From: Gemmatimonadota bacterium
GTDB lineage: Bacteria > Gemmatimonadota > Gemmatimonadetes > Palauibacterales > Palauibacteraceae
DNA length: 64,000 bases
Assembly: GCA_963666735.1 (NCBI GenBank)
Contig: OY762926.1
Span: forward strand, 3,168,001-3,232,000
Direction of reading: 5' to 3'
The notes beneath the pieces are model-generated. The model had not been told where the DNA came from. It saw only the letters and a program-made list of their open reading frames with translations, and did not search any database. A program made the position numbers and the translations under genes. This document shows, one piece after another, positions 57,475-64,000 of the stretch (positions are counted from its first letter, which is position 1; the number at the start of each line of letters is the position of its first letter).

Positions 57475-58755
57475 CTAGGGGCCGCGGCCGGGACTCCCCA
57501 GCGCGATCGTCTCGCGCAGCGGGACCTTCGGGAAGGTCGTCGAGTAGGCGCTGTATGCCAGCGCGAACAGGCCGAGGAAGCCGGCCGAGATCATCGCTTC
57601 CGGCACGCCGAGCGGCAGTCCCTCCCCGTGCCAGATCGACGGCGCCACCATGTTCCAGCGTTCGACCCAGAAGCCGATCAGGATCAGCAGTCCGACGAAC
57701 GCCAGCCAGCGCGAACTCATCTTCGGGCTCCGTCCCAGGAGGAAGGGGAAGGGGAGAGCGAAGATGAGCACCATCTGGAGCCAGAACATCCAGCCGAAGG
57801 CGCCCGTCGAGCGAGGCATGAAGAAGTTCGTCTCGCGCGGGATGTTGCCGTACCAGATCACGAGATACTGGGCGAACCAGAGGTAGGTCCAGAACGCCAC
57901 GAAGGCGAACGTCAGCTTGCCGAGGTCGTGGAAATCGTACTTGCCCCACAGCTGCATCCCGCCGGCTCGTCCGTTGGTGCGGTGGGCCACGATCGCGACC
58001 AGCGCCAGCATGCCGAGCCAGCCGCCGATGAAGTAGTACGGCCCCCACACCATGCTCATGAACCCCGGCGTGAGCGACATCCCGAAGTCGAACGCCAGGA
58101 GCGAGAAGACCACCGCCCAGCTCAGGATCAACACGGCGGACAGCCGCCCGATCCGGTTGCGGCAGCGCTCGACCTCCACGTCGTCTCCGCGCCAACCCCG
58201 GGCGAAGAGGGAGACCACGGCCTTGCGCCAGCCCCGATTCTCGGCGGCGACCAGCGGCGCGTCGGCCCGGATCGAGTAGAAGAGCCACACGAAGCCGAGC
58301 AGGTAGAGCACCGCGAGCAGGACCCCGTTTCGCAGGAAGACGCCCTCGAGCGTCAGCCAGTCGCGGTTCAGGTGCGATGTCTCCACGGGCCCGATCCAGG
58401 GGAAGACGTGCTCGGCCCCGAGCCGGAGCGTGAAGAACAAGGCGAAGGAGATGGGGAGGAAGGCCCCCGCCGCCTCGGCCAGCCGGCGGAATTTCTTGCC
58501 CCAGTGACCCTTCGCGACCTGGAGGACGGCCCCGAACACGACGCCCGCCATCGAGATCGCCGTCCAGAAGAGGAAGTTCGACCACACGCTCATCCAGGCG
58601 CGCTGCGCGTCCCCGCCGACCGTCGTCGCGAAGCCCGCGGCCCCGATCGCGACGGCCGCCAGCCACACGGCGAGCCATACCGTCGGAATGCGGCCGCTGA
58701 TCGTCTTCAGCGCCTCGCCCGTGGTGAGCGTCGGACGGCCGTCGTCGCCGCTCAC
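57475..58755 (-). CDS. actF: Alternative complex III subunit F (NrfD-like membrane subunit)
   Basis: RRLAEA, HDLGKL.FAF..FWTYLWFAQYLVIWYGNIP.E. Confidence 0.88.
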   Translation of the reverse strand: MSGDDGRPTLTTGEALKTISGRIPTVWLAVWLAAVAIGAAGFATTVGGDAQRAWMSVWSNFLFWTAISMAGVVFGAVLQVAKGHWGKKFRRLAEAAGAFLPISFALFFTLRLGAEHVFPWIGPVETSHLNRDWLTLEGVFLRNGVLLAVLYLLGFVWLFYSIRADAPLVAAENRGWRKAVVSLFARGWRGDDVEVERCRNRIGRLSAVLILSWAVVFSLLAFDFGMSLTPGFMSMVWGPYYFIGGWLGMLALVAIVAHRTNGRAGGMQLWGKYDFHDLGKLTFAFVAFWTYLWFAQYLVIWYGNIPRETNFFMPRSTGAFGWMFWLQMVLIFALPFPFLLGRSPKMSSRWLAFVGLLILIGFWVERWNMVAPSIWHGEGLPLGVPEAMISAGFLGLFALAYSAYSTTFPKVPLRETIALGSPGRGP

Positions 58756-59384
58756 TGTCCGCCACCCGTGCCGGGCGTCTCGCCCGTTGCGCCCGTTTCC
58801 GCCTCGGTCGCCGCTGCTTCGGCCGCTGCCGCCTCGGCCTCGGCCGCCGCCGCTTCCTCGGCCATCGCTTCTGCCTGCAGCTGCCGCACGTACGCGACCA
58901 GATACCAGCGGTCCATGGCGGGGATGCGCCGGTAGGGCGGCATCAGCCCGCGTCCGTTCGCGATCATGCCCCAGATGTAGCCGTCCGTGTATCCGCGCGT
59001 GAGCTCGCCGCGGATGTTGAGGAGGGGGATGTTCGGGATCCGGTTCTGTCCCACGACCGAGCCGTCGCCCGCCCCCGTCACGCCGTGACAGGGAGTGCAG
59101 AACTGGTTGTACAGTTCCGCGCCCCGGGCCAGGCCGGCTTCGGTGCCGGAGATCGGGCTGACGAGCATGGAGTCGGCCGCCATCAGGTCGTACGTGCGCT
59201 CGCCGTCGATCGGCATCGTGCCGGGCACCGGCGTCCGCGCCCGCTCCTCGAAGGCCTCCACCGAGGGCTGCCACGACATCGTGTTGAAGAACGGCGTGCG
59301 CTGCTCCAGATGCTTGATCTGGTCGTCGCAGGCGCCCGCCGCGAGGGCCGTGAGCAGCACGGCCACCGTCGCCCGGCCGCTCAT
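58752..59384 (-). CDS. actE: Alternative complex III monohaem cytochrome c lipoprotein
   Basis: LAAGAC lipobox, CTPCH haem motif, GRGLMPPY, DRW..VAYVR.LQ. Confidence 0.88.
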   Translation of the reverse strand: MSGRATVAVLLTALAAGACDDQIKHLEQRTPFFNTMSWQPSVEAFEERARTPVPGTMPIDGERTYDLMAADSMLVSPISGTEAGLARGAELYNQFCTPCHGVTGAGDGSVVGQNRIPNIPLLNIRGELTRGYTDGYIWGMIANGRGLMPPYRRIPAMDRWYLVAYVRQLQAEAMAEEAAAAEAEAAAAEAAATEAETGATGETPGTGGGQ

Positions 59385-59884
59385 CCCTGCACCTCGACGT
59401 CCACGGCGGCGGTATCCCGCACCAGCGCCTCGGCGGCGGCGCTGCCTTCGCCGTTGGCCGGGACGAAGATCCCCCAGCGGTCGACCGAGAAGGACGTGCG
59501 ATAGGCCGGGTCGAGCTTGATCACCGGCCGCTTCGTGTGCACGAGCAGCGCGACCAGCCCGAAGATCCCCGTGAGCAGCACCGTGAGTTCGAACATGAAA
59601 ATGACGAACGGGGGCAGCGACACGAGCGGCTTGCCCTGCGTGACGAGCGGATAGGCCAGCGACGTGCCCGCCGTGAGCAGCAGCCCGAGCGTGCAGCCGG
59701 TGATCGCGCCCGTCAGCGCCCACACCCGCACCGGCGAGGAGTGGATGTCCATCGCCTCCTCGATCTCCGGCGACGGTATCGGCGAGAAGACCTCGATGTC
59801 GCGGTGTCCCGCCTCCCGCAGCCGCGCGATGGCGTCGAGCGTGCCGGGCAGCGTGTCGTACTGCCCCAGGACGCCGCTACTCAT
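59381..59884 (-). CDS. actD: Alternative complex III subunit D (DUF3341)
   Basis: FSPIP, GKP, FELTVL, FSVDR; position between actC and actE. Confidence 0.88.
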   Translation of the reverse strand: MSSGVLGQYDTLPGTLDAIARLREAGHRDIEVFSPIPSPEIEEAMDIHSSPVRVWALTGAITGCTLGLLLTAGTSLAYPLVTQGKPLVSLPPFVIFMFELTVLLTGIFGLVALLVHTKRPVIKLDPAYRTSFSVDRWGIFVPANGEGSAAAEALVRDTAAVDVEVQG

Positions 59885-61244
59885 CCTCTTCCCCCTGTAC
59901 ATCGCCGTGTGCGTGCGCGTGCTCGTGTGCGAGATGTTCCTTCACCTCGGCGATCGAGATCACCGGCAGGCTGCGCGAGAAGAGCAGGAACCAGAAGAAG
60001 AACCAGCAGAAGCTGCCGACGAGAATCGACATCTCCACCCAACTCGGCGTGTAGAGTCCCCAGCCGCCCGGTTCGTACTCGTGGGCGAGCGAGGTCACGA
60101 TGATGACGAACCGCTCGTACCACATCCCGATGTTGACGAAGATCGTGAGCGCGAACAGCGCCGGCAGCGTCGTGCGGACCTTCTTGAACCACAGCGCCTG
60201 CGGCACCACCACGTTACAGAACACCATGACCCAGAACGGGAGGGCGTAGGCCCCCATCGCCCGCCAGCGGAAACTCTCGATCTCGATCGGGTCCGCCGAG
60301 TAGTAGGCGAGGAAGAACTCCGTCCCGTACGAGAAGCCGACGATGAGCGAGGTGAGGAGCACCAGCTTCGCCATGTTCTCGAAGTGGTTCTCCGTGATGT
60401 ACGCCTCGAGCCCGAACGCCCAGCGCAGCGGGATCATGATCGTGATCACGAGGGCGACCCCGCTGAAGATCGCCCCGGCCACGAAGTAGGGGGCGAAGAT
60501 CGTCGAGTGCCACCCCGGCACGATCGAGAGCGCGAAGTCCCACGAGACCACGGAGTGCACGGACAGCACCAGCGGCGTCGCGATCCCCGCCATGTAGAGG
60601 TAGATCCGGCGGTAGTGCCGCCACTCGCTCACCGTCCCCTGCCACCCGAGCGAGAACGCGCCGTAGATCTTGTACATCCAGCCCTTGGCCCGGTCGCGCA
60701 GGATCGCGAAATCGGGGATGAGCCCGGTGTACCAGAACAGCGCGGAGATCGTGAGGTAGGTCGAGACCGCGAACACGTCCATCACGAGCGGCGACCGGAA
60801 GTCCGGCCAGATCTGCCGCTGCGACGGGTACGGCATCAGGTAGTAGAAGTACCAGACGCGCCCCAGGTGGATGAGGGGGAAGAGTCCCGCCGTCATCACC
60901 GCGAAGATCGTCATCGCCTCCGCGGTGCGGTTGATCGTCGTGCGCCAGCCGGAACGGAACAGGTAGAGGATCGCGGAGATCAGCGTCCCGGAGTGGGCGA
61001 TCCCGACCCAGAAGACGAAGGTCGTGATGTAGACGCCCCAGAAGACGGGATGGGTGATGCCCGCGACGCCGATGCCGGCCCCGATCTGGTAGAACCACGC
61101 CCCGAACATGAGGGCGAGACCCGCCGCCGCGACCCCGAGCACGAGATAGAAGCGCTTCTCGGGCATCGCGATGGGGCGCGTGATGTCGCGGTTCGCGTCG
61201 GCCAGAGTCGGGTGGGCGGGCACCCTCTTCTCCGCGGTGGCCAT
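59877..61244 (-). CDS. actC: Alternative complex III subunit C (polysulfide reductase NrfD family)
   Basis: WGVYITTFVFWVGIAHSGTLISAIL, HLGR, PLVLSVHSVVSWDFA, GWHSTIFAPYFVAGAIFSG. Confidence 0.95.
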   Translation of the reverse strand: MATAEKRVPAHPTLADANRDITRPIAMPEKRFYLVLGVAAAGLALMFGAWFYQIGAGIGVAGITHPVFWGVYITTFVFWVGIAHSGTLISAILYLFRSGWRTTINRTAEAMTIFAVMTAGLFPLIHLGRVWYFYYLMPYPSQRQIWPDFRSPLVMDVFAVSTYLTISALFWYTGLIPDFAILRDRAKGWMYKIYGAFSLGWQGTVSEWRHYRRIYLYMAGIATPLVLSVHSVVSWDFALSIVPGWHSTIFAPYFVAGAIFSGVALVITIMIPLRWAFGLEAYITENHFENMAKLVLLTSLIVGFSYGTEFFLAYYSADPIEIESFRWRAMGAYALPFWVMVFCNVVVPQALWFKKVRTTLPALFALTIFVNIGMWYERFVIIVTSLAHEYEPGGWGLYTPSWVEMSILVGSFCWFFFWFLLFSRSLPVISIAEVKEHLAHEHAHAHGDVQGEEDE

Positions 61245-64000
61245 CAGTGCGCCTCGTCGCCCTCTCCGGCCGCGGCCGGCTCACCGTGGCCGCCGGCCGC
61301 CATGTGCTTGTGCGTGACGTCCTCGAGGTAGGTGATGGCGGGACGCACCCCGAGTTCTCCAAGCGCGTGGTAGCCGCGGGCGCTCTTCGCCTGGCGGGAG
61401 ACCTCGCTCTCCGGATCCTTGAGGTTGCCGAAGGTGATCGCGTTGGTCGGACAACTGGACTGGCAGGCGGTCGTCACCTCCCCGTCCATCACGGTCCGCC
61501 CCTCGTCCTTGGCGTCGATCTTCGCCTTGTTGATCCGGTGCACGCACATCGTGCACTTCTCCATCACCCCCACCTCGCGGACGGTGATGTCCGGGTTGAG
61601 CTGGAGGTTCAGGGGCCAGGCGAAGGCCCCGCCCTCGCCGCGGCCGCGCGCGCTGTCGTGGTTGAACCAGTTGAAGCGCCGGACCTTGTAGGGGCAGTTG
61701 TTCGCGCAGTACCGGGTGCCGACGCAGCGGTTGTAGACCTGGACGTTGAGCCCCTCGGGGCTGTGGTACGTCGCGTACACCGGGCACACGGGCTCGCACG
61801 GCGCGTCGCCGCAGTGCTGGCAGAGCATCGGCTGCTGGACCGTCTGGAATCCGCCGTCCTCCGTCTCCTCCTCGAAGCGGTGGATCCGCATCCACGACAT
61901 CTCCCGCCGCAGCGCGGCCTGCTCTTCGCCGACGGTGGGGATGTTGTTCTCCGAGTAGCAGGACGTGACGCAGGCGCCGCAGCCGGTGCAGGAGTTGAGG
62001 TCGATGACCATGCCCCAGCGGTACGGGCTGTTCGGATCCGAGTCCCACGCGGCCTCGACCATCTCGACGAGGTCGATCTCGTGCTCCTCGATCTCGTGCA
62101 GCGCGTCTTCCACGTTCATGGCGTGGACGATCTCGCGGTCGAGGTCGTCGGTGGAGCCCTGCGTGACGACGAGCCGGGCGGTCTCCCCGGTAGCCGTGAC
62201 GTCGACCGCCGTCCCGGCGTACGCCAAGGCGCCCGAGCCGGGGTCCGCGTTCGCCGCGAGCAGGTCCAGCGGGTTCACGCCGCGGTTCCGCGCGTTGCGG
62301 CCGTATTCCGTGTGCCCCTGCCCGAGCGGGATCGCCACCGTGTCGGGGCGGATGCCGCGGTACACGTAGACAGGGGCCTCGATGGCGCCCTGGGCGGACT
62401 CGACGCGGACGAGGTCGCCCCGGTCGACGCCGAGTTCGGCCGCCATGTCGGGGTGCATCTCCACCCACGAGTTCCACACGGCCTTGGTGATCGCGTCGGG
62501 CTGCTCCTGCATCCATGAGCGGTTCGCGCCCCGGCCATCGTAGAACTGGGCCGTCGGGTAGACGACGAGCTGTGTGCCGGAGGGCGCCTGCGGGAGCTGG
62601 AAGCCGCCGACGTCGCCGCCCGCGGGAGCATCGTCCTCGCCGGCCCCGGCGCCGTCGGCACCCGCCCATGCCGCCGCCGCGGCGCCGCCGCGCCGGAGCG
62701 CGTCGAGCCACGCGGCGTGGCCGCCGAGCCGCTCGGTCCAGGCGCTCCGCAGCACGGTCGCGTAGTCCGACCCGCCGAACGCGCCGCCCTGTCCCGCCGC
62801 GTTGGCGACGTCGAGCAGCAGGTCTTCGCGCTGGCGCGTGTCGAACACCGCGTGCATGAGCGGCTGTCCGAGCGCCATCGCGCCGTCCGCCAGTTCCGCG
62901 TCGCACCACGACTCGAGCGCATGGTGGCAGGGCAGGACCCACCCGCTGGCCGACGCCGTCTCGTCGAGGTGCGGTGTGATCGCGACCGTGTTCGCCACGT
63001 TCGCCATCGCCTCCGCGAACCCGGCCGCGGCGGGGAGCGCGTAGGCCGGGTTGCACCCGGCGACGATCAGCGTTCGCACCTGGCCGGCCCGCATGCGCCC
63101 GATCAGAACCTGCATGTCCGCGAAGCTCGCCGTCGTGCCCTCGGGCGCCCCGTCTCCCGGAAGGACCGAGCGGCCCACCGCGCCCAGCACCTCGTTGAGC
63201 GCCGCGACCGCTTGGTGCGCCCGCCGGGCATCGGCTCCCTGCGACTCGAGCCCCGGCGGGATCGCGACCGCGTTCTCCGCGGCGGCGAGTTCCTCTCCGA
63301 GGGCGCGGATCGCGTCGGCCGGAACCCCCGCGGCGTCCGCAGCCGCCTCCGGCGATACAACGGGCAGTCCGGCGGGAAGCTCTGCGCCGCGGGACGCGGC
63401 CACGACGCCTGCGACCGCGAGCGCCACCGCGCCCTCGGCGCCCGCGCGGGCTTCGATCCACTCGTCCGCGTTGGCGCCGGTGAGCGAGAGGCGCGGTCCG
63501 ACGAAGGTGAACTTCGCGTGGTGGTGGGCCTCGATGTCGCGCGCCGTCGCGAAACCCGCGGACATCTGCGTCGGAGCGAGCCATGTGCCCAGGAAGTCCG
63601 CCCCGAAGCAGGCGATCCGGTCCGCCGAGGAGAGGTCGAAGCGCGGCATGCCGGCGCCGCCGCTCACGTCCGCGGTCCCGGTCGCCAGCGCGTCGTTCGA
63701 GAACGGCTCCCACGCGATGTGTTCGACCCCCATCACGCGAGCCCAGTCCGCGATGAAGCGGCCCGTCGTGCCCGTGACCCGGCCCGTCAGCAGCACCCCG
63801 CCGCCGACCCGAACCGCATTCGTGAGCGCGGCCATCGCATCTTCCCAACTCGCGAACTGGAAGGGAGGCGCACCCTCTTCGGTCGACGGGTTCCGCTGGA
63901 GCGGCTGGCTCACGCGATCCGGATCGTAGAGGTCCTGGAGCGTGGAGTGCGTCAGCGACGAGAGGCCGCTCGCGCCGCCCCCGAACCGCGAGTTGGGGCT
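61244..64000 (-). CDS. actB: Alternative complex III subunit B (molybdopterin-oxidoreductase-like plus Fe-S domain), 5' truncated by window
   Basis: Frame open to 64000 (LQDLYDPDR); CTGCGACVTSC, CQHC..APCEPVCP, CVGTRYCANNCP, EKCTMC. Confidence 0.93.
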   Translation of the reverse strand, partial: SPNSRFGGGASGLSSLTHSTLQDLYDPDRVSQPLQRNPSTEEGAPPFQFASWEDAMAALTNAVRVGGGVLLTGRVTGTTGRFIADWARVMGVEHIAWEPFSNDALATGTADVSGGAGMPRFDLSSADRIACFGADFLGTWLAPTQMSAGFATARDIEAHHHAKFTFVGPRLSLTGANADEWIEARAGAEGAVALAVAGVVAASRGAELPAGLPVVSPEAAADAAGVPADAIRALGEELAAAENAVAIPPGLESQGADARRAHQAVAALNEVLGAVGRSVLPGDGAPEGTTASFADMQVLIGRMRAGQVRTLIVAGCNPAYALPAAAGFAEAMANVANTVAITPHLDETASASGWVLPCHHALESWCDAELADGAMALGQPLMHAVFDTRQREDLLLDVANAAGQGGAFGGSDYATVLRSAWTERLGGHAAWLDALRRGGAAAAAWAGADGAGAGEDDAPAGGDVGGFQLPQAPSGTQLVVYPTAQFYDGRGANRSWMQEQPDAITKAVWNSWVEMHPDMAAELGVDRGDLVRVESAQGAIEAPVYVYRGIRPDTVAIPLGQGHTEYGRNARNRGVNPLDLLAANADPGSGALAYAGTAVDVTATGETARLVVTQGSTDDLDREIVHAMNVEDALHEIEEHEIDLVEMVEAAWDSDPNSPYRWGMVIDLNSCTGCGACVTSCYSENNIPTVGEEQAALRREMSWMRIHRFEEETEDGGFQTVQQPMLCQHCGDAPCEPVCPVYATYHSPEGLNVQVYNRCVGTRYCANNCPYKVRRFNWFNHDSARGRGEGGAFAWPLNLQLNPDITVREVGVMEKCTMCVHRINKAKIDAKDEGRTVMDGEVTTACQSSCPTNAITFGNLKDPESEVSRQAKSARGYHALGELGVRPAITYLEDVTHKHMAAGGHGEPAAAGEGDEAH

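Overview
High-GC bacterial chromosomal window; the gene content is consistent with Gemmatimonadota, but that is an inference. It holds mostly peptidases, hydrolases and transporters. It also carries a C5-cytosine methyltransferase/Vsr locus whose Eco29kI-like restriction gene is eroded to a fragment, an ECF sigma/anti-sigma/YbjQ operon, a metal-homeostasis cluster (TonB receptor, His-rich CDF, His/Cys-rich tandem-repeat protein, DUF411), PBP1B, sucA and the 3' part of an alternative complex III operon (actB-F). The histidine operon hisG-C-B-H-F ends in one 865-aa HisA-HisI-HisE-HisD fusion resembling fungal His4. It is preceded by an unannotated His/Phe-rich leader peptide with terminator/antiterminator. 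Two apparently identical 1336-bp IS3-family copies each have their own 3-bp target duplication. Between sucA and a convergent coiled-coil gene is a variable hotspot: two cargo blocks are separated by a chimeric junction made of diverged 3' ends of both flanking genes. No rRNA, tRNA or CRISPR array was recognised. All family calls come from motif recognition, not database searches.
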